64,000 bases of DNA, taken from positions 1 through 64,000 of the IMG/VR virus record IMGVR_UViG_3300036766_000359, one strand, 5' to 3'. The position numbers were made by a program, and so were the translations under genes. Below, piece by piece: positions 29,232 through 38,253 of the stretch. The notes beneath the pieces were generated by a model. It saw only the letters and a program-made list of their open reading frames with translations. It had not been told where the DNA came from and did no database searches. This DNA is from a virus. The stretch's first letter is position 1; every line of letters begins with the position of its first letter.

Positions 29232-29283
29232 TCCGGGTCTCCTGATTTAGTAGGGACGATAAAAGTTTCACAGATTCAGTCTA

Positions 29284-29925
29284 CTACTGAGCGGGGCTAG
29301 AGATAGCCCTCATTGATGCGCTAAACGTAGTGGCACCACCATTGCCACGTACGAATAGCTGGTAAAAAGAATCGTAAACTTTGCTGTACTCAGTAAACTC
29401 ATTCTGAAGGGATGGAACCCTCTGTTCATATCCACCGGGTTCAAAAGCTATGAGTAGATCAGTCGTGCCATCAGTCTGAACCCGAAGGCTATTGCACTGC
29501 ATTGGGAGCTGAAGCTCCAATGAGTCAGCTATAGTCGTTCCTGTCGGGGCTCCACCAGATAAGGCGACCGTTCTGTTAGGCTGTGAACTATATGGAAGGA
29601 CCAGGTGCATGGCTTCAGCCGGTCCAACCACTCCAGCTAAAGAAACTTGCTTGATTTGAACCCAGAAAGGTTTGATATCGTCGATTGAGTAGTCGGTTGG
29701 GTTAAACAAAAACCTGGTTTGTCCCCTATAATTACTATCAGCATAACCGGTTTGGGCTACGGTAGCCGAGGCTTTACCGCTTGCCGGGATAGTATCAAAC
29801 AAGGTGAATGCTACATCAAAGTTAATCGATTTGTAAAACTGGTATGACCCTATCCCAGGACGAGTCTGGAGTGACAAGTCAACCAAGTTTAACCTGCGTC
29901 TAAGGAGGGATAGTGATCTAGACAT
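29284..29925 (-). CDS. Probable virion structural protein
   Basis: 213 aa, beta-rich, co-oriented in the structural cluster. Confidence 0.55.
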   Translation of the reverse strand: MSRSLSLLRRRLNLVDLSLQTRPGIGSYQFYKSINFDVAFTLFDTIPASGKASATVAQTGYADSNYRGQTRFLFNPTDYSIDDIKPFWVQIKQVSLAGVVGPAEAMHLVLPYSSQPNRTVALSGGAPTGTTIADSLELQLPMQCNSLRVQTDGTTDLLIAFEPGGYEQRVPSLQNEFTEYSKVYDSFYQLFVRGNGGATTFSASMRAISSPAQ

Positions 29926-29993
29926 TTCAAAAAGTCACGAGACAAAAAGCGGAAGCAAAAGCTGCCAAACAGTTGTCAAGTGGACTGCCCGTA

Positions 29994-30395
29994 TCATTTA
30001 ACAAATTTTTCGTCTTGGACTTTAGAGTTATATGTTTTGGCGCTGTTTTCGCCCAATTCTTTTCTGGCAAATTCTTGTGCTTCGCGCCAGGTTCCAGTCT
30101 CTTTCCCTTGAAAGTTCGGAATAGAGTCTCGTTTAATATGATCGTAACGATCCCTGCTCCGTCGACTGGCAGATTCGGAAGCCTTTGCTCGCTGTTTTTT
30201 AATCCGTTCGCCCTTCGACGGCCAAGAACCGCTAGGTCCGTCGAGTAGTGCAACGTGCACAACCGTGGGAGTGAATGTGTATTTACACTTTTTCCCACAT
30301 TTAACACACTTCGGTGTGAATTCTTTGAATCCGTTTACAGAATGATTTTCTTCCTGAGTATTTGAACAACCAACACAAATATAATCGTATTGCAC
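29994..30395 (-). CDS. FmdB-family zinc-ribbon protein
   Basis: MQYDYICVGC..PKCVKCG; GTG start. Confidence 0.75.
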   Translation of the reverse strand: MQYDYICVGCSNTQEENHSVNGFKEFTPKCVKCGKKCKYTFTPTVVHVALLDGPSGSWPSKGERIKKQRAKASESASRRSRDRYDHIKRDSIPNFQGKETGTWREAQEFARKELGENSAKTYNSKVQDEKFVK

Positions 30396-31166
30396 GCTAA
30401 CTCCTTTATTAATTCTATGATTATGAATGCAAAGTGTTATGGATGCGGCGATCCAACTAATAGGCGACCATCAGAAGGGAAACGCGGGGTTTTATGTAGA
30501 AAGTGCCAATCCATACGAGCTAAGTTACACTACCAGAAAAGAAAAACAGAAATCATTTCGATTGCTGCAAAATGGAATAAAGAAAACTCAGATCGAAGAA
30601 ACATACGGTTGAGAGAAAGATATTTGGAACTAAAACGCCAGTCAGTACGAGCATATGGAGGTGAGTGCCAAAACTGTAAAGAGAACGAATTGGCATTTCT
30701 GACAATTGATCATATTAATGGTGGGGGGAGGAAACACAGCACAAAATTCAAAAAGAAAACTGCTCATATTCATTTATGGCTCAAGAATAATGGATATCCA
30801 GAAGGCTTCCAAATACTATGTGCAAATTGCAACTACGAAAAAGAAATGCTCCGAAGACAAGATAAAGTATCTCATGGACACCAGCTTCGTGCACAAGTAT
30901 TGCGTGAATTCGGGGCATACTGCAGATGTTGCAACGAGAAGAGTTTAAATAAACTGGTGATTGATCATGTAAATGGAGGTGGAAATCAACATCGCAAAAC
31001 AGTTAGCAATATTTATTTATTTATGAAAAAGAACGGAATTGATAGAATATCATATCAAATTTTATGTCAAAATTGCAATTTAGCCAAGTATACGCAAAAA
31101 GTATGCCCGCATCATTCTGGTTCCTCCTCTGATTCCAACGCTTCAGAATCTTCAGAAGCTTCATAG
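30390..31166 (+). CDS. HNH endonuclease with two tandem HNH modules, inserted antisense to its neighbours
   Basis: CQNC..LTIDHINGGG..FQILCANCN and CRCC..LVIDHVNGGG..YQILCQNCN. Confidence 0.8.
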   Translation: MHANSFINSMIMNAKCYGCGDPTNRRPSEGKRGVLCRKCQSIRAKLHYQKRKTEIISIAAKWNKENSDRRNIRLRERYLELKRQSVRAYGGECQNCKENELAFLTIDHINGGGRKHSTKFKKKTAHIHLWLKNNGYPEGFQILCANCNYEKEMLRRQDKVSHGHQLRAQVLREFGAYCRCCNEKSLNKLVIDHVNGGGNQHRKTVSNIYLFMKKNGIDRISYQILCQNCNLAKYTQKVCPHHSGSSSDSNASESSEAS

Positions 31167-32473
31167 TCGCCCTGATCCTCAGGCTCTGCTAAAGATTCAT
31201 AGTCATCTTCGGGCTCCTCATCTTCTTCGGGCTCTTCGGGCTCCTCAGGAGATTCATAATCAATTTGTTCATCCTCCGGAACTTCTTCCGGAACTTCATA
31301 ATCTAACTGGTCTTCATCATCATAAGAATGATCTTCAGCAACGGGTTCATCAAAATCAGACGTGTCAACGTCGTAATTTAAGGACTCGTCCTCGTCCTCG
31401 TCCTCTTCTTCAGGATGTGATTCATGCGCGTCAGGTATGAGACCTTCAGGTTCAGCATCCCAATCAACTTCAATGTCGATGTCATCTTCGGAAAAGTCAT
31501 CTTCAGGAACCTGAACAACTCCTTCGAGACGATCCCATTGTTCATCAATCTTCTCTACGATCTCGTTTTCATCGAGATCCAAATTTTCTTCAGAGATTTC
31601 TTGAACAAAATAGTCTAAACGCTTCAAGACAGCGGCGGCATGTTTACAGAGCCAGTATTTTCTATCAGGATCGCGAATGTTAGGTGGAGAAGCCGTTCCA
31701 TACGGCTGTCCAAGCATGAATGAATTTTCAGATGCATGAAATTCTGGACCATTATATCGCCAGAATTTGCAATTGCATGATAAAGAAACTTCGTCAATGT
31801 CAGAAAGCGAAGCTTTTACGTCCTTCGGTCCATTCCCAGAATTAACAGCAAACGTGAAAACCCGAGTTTTCTTATCATATGATGTTAGAGAAACATTGCA
31901 TTTCTTTGAGTTCTTCTCAATCTTGTCAGGAATTTTTGATTTTAGTTCACCGGGACTTAAAGCAAGACGAAGTTTAAGGATTATCGGAATCGGTGTTTTT
32001 ACGGAAGAATGACGTGGTTTTTCTTTTGACCTGTACGGATAATCAGTATACTGAGTCGTGTCGATATCCGACATGTAGCTCGTATCGATCGGAGCTTGAA
32101 TGTTTTCATCAAAATTATATTCTTGATGATGCGTTAAATTATCAGCGTTCTCTATGTCGAAAATAGAACCCGAGTCTACTCCGAGTTCAGTCGGTTCATT
32201 ATCATAATTGACGAGCGTCTGGTAACTAAATAGGTCTCCTTCTGGCGTATCACCGGTTGGAGTTGAAAAAACGTGATTTGACGCAATTTTTGCAGCAACA
32301 GAAGCAGTAATACTGCTTTCAAGTTGGACAGGAATTAAAAATAACTGTTTAAGGTTATCAGGTATTGCAGCCGCGAAGCTGATGATATCAGGAAAAACTT
32401 CCTGACACCTAAATGAATACATGGCTGCGCTCGAAAGAACGAATCCTTCCTGAACGTTTTTCGGATCAGACAT
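31112..32473 (-). CDS. SWIM-like zinc-finger protein with very acidic C-terminus
   Basis: LSCNCKFW...WLCKHAAAV; D/E-rich tail of ~150 aa; likely start MSDPK at 32473. Confidence 0.65.
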   Translation of the reverse strand: MSDPKNVQEGFVLSSAAMYSFRCQEVFPDIISFAAAIPDNLKQLFLIPVQLESSITASVAAKIASNHVFSTPTGDTPEGDLFSYQTLVNYDNEPTELGVDSGSIFDIENADNLTHHQEYNFDENIQAPIDTSYMSDIDTTQYTDYPYRSKEKPRHSSVKTPIPIILKLRLALSPGELKSKIPDKIEKNSKKCNVSLTSYDKKTRVFTFAVNSGNGPKDVKASLSDIDEVSLSCNCKFWRYNGPEFHASENSFMLGQPYGTASPPNIRDPDRKYWLCKHAAAVLKRLDYFVQEISEENLDLDENEIVEKIDEQWDRLEGVVQVPEDDFSEDDIDIEVDWDAEPEGLIPDAHESHPEEEDEDEDESLNYDVDTSDFDEPVAEDHSYDDEDQLDYEVPEEVPEDEQIDYESPEEPEEPEEDEEPEDDYESLAEPEDQGDYEASEDSEALESEEEPE

Positions 32474-33002
32474 GTTGTGTAACTCTCGCCCGTACGTATT
32501 CAATAAAACTGAAATTAGGATTTTTCGAAAGACGAGTCACATTTTTGTACGCTCTACGAACAGTAGGACGACATGAAAAACAAAATTTAGATCCGATGCG
32601 ATCGTCATATGGTTCTCCACACACTAAGCAATTCATATGCGCCATTAATGATATAGTATTACTAGCAACATCAACTTGTTTATATCTAGATTGGTTTCGT
32701 GATTTATGATAAAAAACTAGACAAGTTTCACAGTGTTTAGCGTTGTTACGGCTAAGACTTTTTTGACAAGTAACACAGTTTTTGTTTACATAAAGATTTC
32801 GCGTTTTATATGAAAAACTTTCAGTTACATACGGACGAACAATATCCAGTATAGTGAGGGCGTTGTGCGCTGTAAAATTCAAAACAGGGTATTTCTTTTC
32901 TTTAAGACTTACAAATCCACGTACAGAATAAACATCACATAGTTTGTCTTTTATGAATTCTACATCTTCATGTTTAAAACCGTTTGTATAAAACTTAATC
33001 AT
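32466..33002 (-). CDS. C-terminal part of a split LAGLIDADG endonuclease plus two Zn ribbons
   Basis: IKFYTNGFKHEDVEFIKDKL continues LAGLIDADG domain 2; CVTC..CETC and CLVC..CFSC. Confidence 0.65.
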   Translation of the reverse strand: MIKFYTNGFKHEDVEFIKDKLCDVYSVRGFVSLKEKKYPVLNFTAHNALTILDIVRPYVTESFSYKTRNLYVNKNCVTCQKSLSRNNAKHCETCLVFYHKSRNQSRYKQVDVASNTISLMAHMNCLVCGEPYDDRIGSKFCFSCRPTVRRAYKNVTRLSKNPNFSFIEYVRARVTQHV

Positions 33003-33505
33003 TAATTTATTTTATTTTCTTTATTTTTGACAAGACTTCCATCACCCATATACCACTGAGCAATGGATATTGGAGAAATATCAACGTCCTTCGGAATTAT
33101 CTTCACCCCATTCGGGTACCAACGATTTCTTTCGGAAAAAAGATTCCGGTACATTGGAGTACGAATACTCACGTGATGCCCACTATTTATTTGTCTATCG
33201 TTGATGAATCTAGCTCTAGGTTTTATAAAATCAATAGTTGATTTTATACCATTGGAATCAAAAATTGTCTTAATGTGATCAACCCAATCCACGTTGTCTA
33301 CATGGATTTCCATTCTAAGACAAGCGGATATCATGGAACGAGATGCTAAACTAGCATCACCAAGTAATAGACCATCAAATACGGACTGGATGGTTTCGTT
33401 CATGACGAACGTGTTACCAAGTCCGTGTTTATTATACTTTTGATTATCTACCAGTACGGCGTGGCATTCTGATGCGGACGTCTTCAAGCACTCGTTCGAG
33501 TTCAT
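33002..33505 (-). CDS. N-terminal part of a split LAGLIDADG endonuclease
   Basis: FDGLLLGDAS and IAQWYMGDGS motifs; TAA stop 9 codons after motif 2 overlaps the next ATG. Confidence 0.7.
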   Translation of the reverse strand: MNSNECLKTSASECHAVLVDNQKYNKHGLGNTFVMNETIQSVFDGLLLGDASLASRSMISACLRMEIHVDNVDWVDHIKTIFDSNGIKSTIDFIKPRARFINDRQINSGHHVSIRTPMYRNLFSERNRWYPNGVKIIPKDVDISPISIAQWYMGDGSLVKNKENKIN

Positions 33506-33785
33506 CTACTTTTTCTGGTCGTATCAAAGCTCTAGTTTCTTCATAGTCAATCTTGTTGACAGCCATGGAAACCGCACCAAGAGCTTTCTCCAACTTCAAA
33601 AGGGTCTCTGGTACGGCGTGTATGATATCTCCAGCAACAGCGTAGAAATGGTCTTTTTGAGGAGAATTGTGGACTAAGTCCAAAACTCGAACAATATAAT
33701 TCTTAAGCTCATCGCAACGCAAACGGGCGTCACTGAGTTCCTCTTGAATGTAAACAGTGGCACCAGCAGTCTTAGGACTTCCCAT
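33444..33785 (-). CDS. Hypothetical helical protein
   Basis: 113 aa, amphipathic helices. Confidence 0.65.
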   Translation of the reverse strand: MGSPKTAGATVYIQEELSDARLRCDELKNYIVRVLDLVHNSPQKDHFYAVAGDIIHAVPETLLKLEKALGAVSMAVNKIDYEETRALIRPEKVDELERVLEDVRIRMPRRTGR

Positions 33786-33858
33786 ACTATTTCGGCACCA
33801 TCAAAGTTTGAGACTTATCGGTGCCGGATAGGTACTACTATTTATAATGCTAGTGAGT

Positions 33859-34911
33859 TTACTGACCGAATTGCTTCGGATAAGTTTTCTCAAGTAGTTT
33901 CCGCATTTGATCACCCTCGGCCGAATAGAGAGCCTCGAGGAATTCGGGGGTGACCCCGTGCTTCTTCGCGGCATCTAGACGTTCAACAAGACGTCCGGTA
34001 AAAGACCAGTCAGAGGGGAAAGACGGGTCAATGCGACGAGCAGCACGAATTCTTGGAGAAAGACTTGTGTTGATTGCTTGAGAAGAAGAGGCCTTCGACG
34101 GAGTGGCCTTTGATACCGCCGTCTTGTTACGGATATTACTAGTATCGCGGACATCAATACCATCAGTAGATGACTTTGAATGTCGAACACTTCCGACAAC
34201 AGAGTCGCCGTCATCATGGTCAATTTGGACGCTTCGATCTAAATTACCAACATTTGTCCTAACTTTTACGCCCTCACGTTCAACGGTGTTGTAGATTTCA
34301 GGACGACCGAGACCGCGATTTTCAATGTCGTTAATAATACCACTTGAGCGGTCATCGAGAATATTTTTTACCACTACCTTAGCAGGAGAACGAACTCTTC
34401 CAACCGTAACGGCGTCTTGGTTTTCGTGCGGGCCATTCTCAACACGCATTCCAGCAGTTGACGCTCTTCGGTTGTTTTCTGGTTTTAAAACCTGAGGAGT
34501 GGCTCTCGGGTTTTTAGAAGCATCCCGACGATCTGAAACGTTAAGAACAGTTTCTTCGTCCAGTGAGTCTGTGTCAATCGGGCCATTACTGCCTCGTTGA
34601 ACTCTAGACAGGTCACGATTGACGGTTTGAGCTTTAGCAATGCTACGATTAGGCTGTACTGCGGCGACACGCCCGCCAGTATCATCCGGTGCTTCAAAAG
34701 TTGCCCAACCATTCTTGATAGCCCCGCGAAGCTGAGGAGAATGAATTTCTGACCCGGCATACTTCAGTAACTGACCATCATATTCAAACTCATCCCCTTC
34801 TTGAATATCAATAGGGATCGATTTCGGGTCAGCCGCACCAACCCTGATTTTCATTAGAGCGTAAAACTTGTGAAAAACGCCACGTTGCCACTTAATATTT
34901 GAAATATCCAT
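33859..34911 (-). CDS. Hypothetical protein (folded termini, low-complexity middle)
   Basis: 350 aa; AAGGAG Shine-Dalgarno. Confidence 0.7.
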   Translation of the reverse strand: MDISNIKWQRGVFHKFYALMKIRVGAADPKSIPIDIQEGDEFEYDGQLLKYAGSEIHSPQLRGAIKNGWATFEAPDDTGGRVAAVQPNRSIAKAQTVNRDLSRVQRGSNGPIDTDSLDEETVLNVSDRRDASKNPRATPQVLKPENNRRASTAGMRVENGPHENQDAVTVGRVRSPAKVVVKNILDDRSSGIINDIENRGLGRPEIYNTVEREGVKVRTNVGNLDRSVQIDHDDGDSVVGSVRHSKSSTDGIDVRDTSNIRNKTAVSKATPSKASSSQAINTSLSPRIRAARRIDPSFPSDWSFTGRLVERLDAAKKHGVTPEFLEALYSAEGDQMRKLLEKTYPKQFGQ

Positions 34912-35009
34912 GGTTGGACTCCTTGCCCAACCCTACCTTTGAGACGAAATTTTTGTTATTAAAAGATCAACACGGAATACACATTGAGTTTTTGGTATAG
35001 TATAGAGAT

Positions 35010-35507
35010 ATGGCGTTTATCGGAATTAAAGTACCGCAAGAAGTGGCAGAAAAACTATCAACGATAGAAGTTCCTGGAGAACGTTCTGATCCCGACGAGA
35101 TGCATATTACTCTCCTATATTTAGGAGAAACATCGCTAGCAAATATCATCAAAGCAGTTGCAGTAGTTGCTGCTATGGCTCAGAAAACAAAGCCATTCCT
35201 CATCGGGTGTGCTTTCAAAACGTGCTTCCCCGAGAATCCAGATGACGGAGTCCCCATTATTGCCCGTGTTCAGTCACCGACGATAATGGGGCTCCAAGAA
35301 GAACTAAAGAAACTCATGAAAGAATCAGGCGTTGAATATAAGGACAAATACCCTGATTTTAAACCGCACGTGACGTTATCCTATTCAAATGAACCTTGCG
35401 ACGGTTTAGGGTTCGAACCGGTTGTGTGGACTGTCGAATCCATAAATGTCTGGGGAGGAAAAGAAATGGATGACATGATGGTGACATCAATAGAACTTAA
35501 CGGATGA
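35010..35507 (+). CDS. 2H phosphoesterase (LigT/ThpR/Acb1-like)
   Basis: Two HxT motifs, MHITLLYLG and PHVTLSY; 165 aa. Confidence 0.9.
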   Translation: MAFIGIKVPQEVAEKLSTIEVPGERSDPDEMHITLLYLGETSLANIIKAVAVVAAMAQKTKPFLIGCAFKTCFPENPDDGVPIIARVQSPTIMGLQEELKKLMKESGVEYKDKYPDFKPHVTLSYSNEPCDGLGFEPVVWTVESINVWGGKEMDDMMVTSIELNG

Positions 35508-35662
35508 TCATTGTGGAAAGTACGATTAGAAATAGTGAAAGTTTTTTCATAAGTGTAGTTACTCTCGGTTCAAGAAGATTTACGAATAGGTCGGAATGCC
35601 CGTTAACTGCATTTAGTTTCGTAACCCTTTGATGTATAACTGATGATGGAGTTAAAGATAAA

Positions 35663-36709
35663 ATGACCACGATGAGCACAATAGCATCAAGAGTTGCAGG
35701 TCGCATCATTGCAATGGAACAAAAAACTGCCCTTGACCTGGCAAATCTTATTCAAAGTGTCATAAGTAGTAGTAGTGGTATAAACTGGGGATGGGATATA
35801 CGTACTACAGAAGAACTTCCAAGTTTCGGGTTCCATGAAAAGAAATTTTCATTTCCAGGAAGACCTGGAATTTTCGATGCCGAAGGTCTTCTCGGAGGCA
35901 TTCATGTAGAAGGTAAACTTTCAGGTGATCCAGCACCAAATACTTCCGTAACTGCCAACTTAACGGGAGCATACTACAACAAAAATAAACATGGAGGAGG
36001 AGATTTATCTAGACATCAAAATATGGGGACGTTTGAAATAGAATTCGATCAAAACGGAATGCCTTCGTTTACTAAAGGGCAGGACACAACAAAAATAAAC
36101 AGCACTTTACAGTCAATAATAAATGGTGTAGTATCTAGTCCACCAGACAATGCTAAGTCTACTTCAAAAATAGTCCTCAAACGATTAGATAAACAAAAAC
36201 AATTAAATGAGATGAACACGAGAGAAGAGGAGAAGAGAAGAGGGATCCAGGATGAAAATATCGATACACACGGAACTATCGAACATTTCGTTGAACATAT
36301 AAAGTCAGAAAATGATGGCGTTTTTGGTCCTCGTGACCTGAATAGACTTAGTGAAATTTTGAATTTGACACAAAAGATAAAGCCAAACAAGAAAACGCTA
36401 CAAGAAGAACTACGCAAAGTAGATCTGGTTTATAATCCAGATAAAATGACGGTCTCTTCTAAACCTTCTGATATTGCAAACGATATTCGTCTTGTTGCTC
36501 TTAGAATCGATTCGTCAACACGACCATCAAGGTCCAAGATAGCTGCCGAAATTCGAGGCATAATAGCCTCCATAAAAGGCCCCCAAACTAGTCCGGAAGA
36601 TGAATTCTCCGATGACGAGGAATACATCCGTGAGCAACAAGAAAACGAGATGATGGGAGACTACGATGATCGCAATCAAAGCGATGATCCTCCCGTACGT
36701 CCATACTGA
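35663..36709 (+). CDS. Hypothetical protein with N-terminal IASRVA motif and C-terminal RIDSS module
   Basis: MSTIASRVAGRIIAMEQKTA; DIANDIRLVALRIDSSTRPSRSKIAAEIRGIIASI; acidic tail. Confidence 0.7.
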   Translation: MTTMSTIASRVAGRIIAMEQKTALDLANLIQSVISSSSGINWGWDIRTTEELPSFGFHEKKFSFPGRPGIFDAEGLLGGIHVEGKLSGDPAPNTSVTANLTGAYYNKNKHGGGDLSRHQNMGTFEIEFDQNGMPSFTKGQDTTKINSTLQSIINGVVSSPPDNAKSTSKIVLKRLDKQKQLNEMNTREEEKRRGIQDENIDTHGTIEHFVEHIKSENDGVFGPRDLNRLSEILNLTQKIKPNKKTLQEELRKVDLVYNPDKMTVSSKPSDIANDIRLVALRIDSSTRPSRSKIAAEIRGIIASIKGPQTSPEDEFSDDEEYIREQQENEMMGDYDDRNQSDDPPVRPY

Positions 36710-36712
36710 AGT

Positions 36713-36997
36713 CTAATCCGTCATTATTGAATCAATCACTACGTAATTTTTGATATCATTTAGAATAAGCAGAAATGCTTCGGAATGAAGCAAATTTATA
36801 AGCTGGAGCGTGGTTGGCACGGGGTGTGAATCATCATTCATGTCTATGACACCATTGCGTACAAATCCAATCCTGTGGTAACTCAGCTTATGTTTGCCAT
36901 GTCGGAAACCAACTAAAATACTGTATAAACCATAGTTGAGTTTCCTTACACCGACCACAAGGCCACTGTCGGTGTTGCATTTATACGAAAATTCCAT
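36713..36997 (-). CDS. Hypothetical protein
   Basis: 94-aa ORF filling the gap; GAGAGAG upstream. Confidence 0.5.
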   Translation of the reverse strand: MEFSYKCNTDSGLVVGVRKLNYGLYSILVGFRHGKHKLSYHRIGFVRNGVIDMNDDSHPVPTTLQLINLLHSEAFLLILNDIKNYVVIDSIMTD

Positions 36998-37142
36998 ACT
37001 CTCTCATGAATACAACACAAAGACAAATATTTACGAGATAATGTAATACGGTGTAAGATAACCAGTGCTAGTAAGATGCACGCATTTCAAGTGTATTCTC
37101 ATTCTACCCATAGTCATTAGTCAGTAGTCAATAGGAGAGTCC

Positions 37143-37541
37143 ATGCCGCCCAGGCACCAACCAATCAATAGTAAACCGGCGCGAGAAACTTCAACAGATA
37201 AGGAATGGTTAGACGTCCCATATCTTAGGTTCAGAAGTCCTCAACCGATTCGCTCTCGTCGAGAATTCTTGAAACACCTCGTCATGGAGACTAAGACTCG
37301 TTCAAGTGCGGGCGGTTCTATCGCCAACTTTGTTGCTATAAATGCTAAAGGATTGTGGGATGGTGATCCCGAGAAGCTTGTCGTAGCAGCTGAATCCGTA
37401 GCGTTAGATTTTTTCGCCAGTCATCCAAACTGTCCAGATTCAGGGGCAATGGAATGGAAAAAAGCTCTTGTTGGCAGGCTTTCAAAAGTGTGGTTCCGTG
37501 ATGGATTGAGCGCACACGGTAAACCAAATCTTAGAAATTAG
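37143..37541 (+). CDS. Hypothetical protein
   Basis: 132 aa; AGGAGAG Shine-Dalgarno. Confidence 0.65.
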   Translation: MPPRHQPINSKPARETSTDKEWLDVPYLRFRSPQPIRSRREFLKHLVMETKTRSSAGGSIANFVAINAKGLWDGDPEKLVVAAESVALDFFASHPNCPDSGAMEWKKALVGRLSKVWFRDGLSAHGKPNLRN

Positions 37542-37543
37542 TG

Positions 37544-38251
37544 CTATCTATTTTTACCAACCCCGATACGGGGACATGATTTTCCAATAGGGCATCCCGA
37601 ACACTTCGGTGAGATAGGAGTACAATGAACTCTGCCGAAAGCAATGAGGATACCGTTAATAGGTATCCACCATTTCTTCGGAAGAACGGTCATTAGGGCA
37701 CGCTCAGTCTCTTCAGGCTTCCCAGTACGAACAAATCCGAGTCTGTTACTGAGTCGATGGACATGCGTGTCGCAGCATATTGCCTGTTTCCCGAATCCAA
37801 GTGTCAAAATGAGATTCGCACTTTTGCGTCCGATACCTTTGAAGGAAAGTAATTCTTCGATGGTGTGTGGAACAGTCCCATCATGCTTTTCCATAATATC
37901 TCGGGCTATGCCGCGAAGATGACGAGCTTTAGTATTGCGAAAACTGGTCTGTCGAATGAGATGAACTATGCGTTCTTGAGATAAACTGGCAAGAGTCTCC
38001 GGGTCAGGGGCCTCGGAGAGAAGGGCGGGAGTTACAATTTGAGTAGTCTCATCTCGAGCCCTTAAAGACAGGATAGTAGATACGAGAACAGCGTATGGAT
38101 CGTGTCTCCGGGAAGCTATAGTGACGGCAAGATCGTCAGGACTAGAACCAACAAAGTTCGAAATCTTCTCAAGAACCCGTGAAATTTGGTGGCGGTTTTG
38201 CATAAAGTATCCGTTCTCAAACACGCTAAATTGAAAGAGTGACCCAAGCAT
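37544..38251 (-). CDS. nth: Endonuclease III (HhH-GPD DNA glycosylase/AP lyase, 4Fe-4S)
   Basis: LVSTILS, HhH FKGIGRKSAN, DTHVHR, C-X6-C-X2-C-X5-C (CTPISPKCSGCPIGKSC). Start may be 38203. Confidence 0.95.
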   Translation of the reverse strand: MLGSLFQFSVFENGYFMQNRHQISRVLEKISNFVGSSPDDLAVTIASRRHDPYAVLVSTILSLRARDETTQIVTPALLSEAPDPETLASLSQERIVHLIRQTSFRNTKARHLRGIARDIMEKHDGTVPHTIEELLSFKGIGRKSANLILTLGFGKQAICCDTHVHRLSNRLGFVRTGKPEETERALMTVLPKKWWIPINGILIAFGRVHCTPISPKCSGCPIGKSCPRIGVGKNR

Positions 38252-38253
38252 GA

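Noticed and set aside
29927-30307. Alternative minus-strand ORF overlapping the FmdB-like gene
   Set aside because: The other frame has a clear zinc-ribbon motif; this one has no recognisable features.
35504-35632. 42-aa ORF coupled (ATGA) to the 2H gene
   Set aside because: Too short, no motif, and it overlaps the putative promoter of the next gene; cannot be supported.
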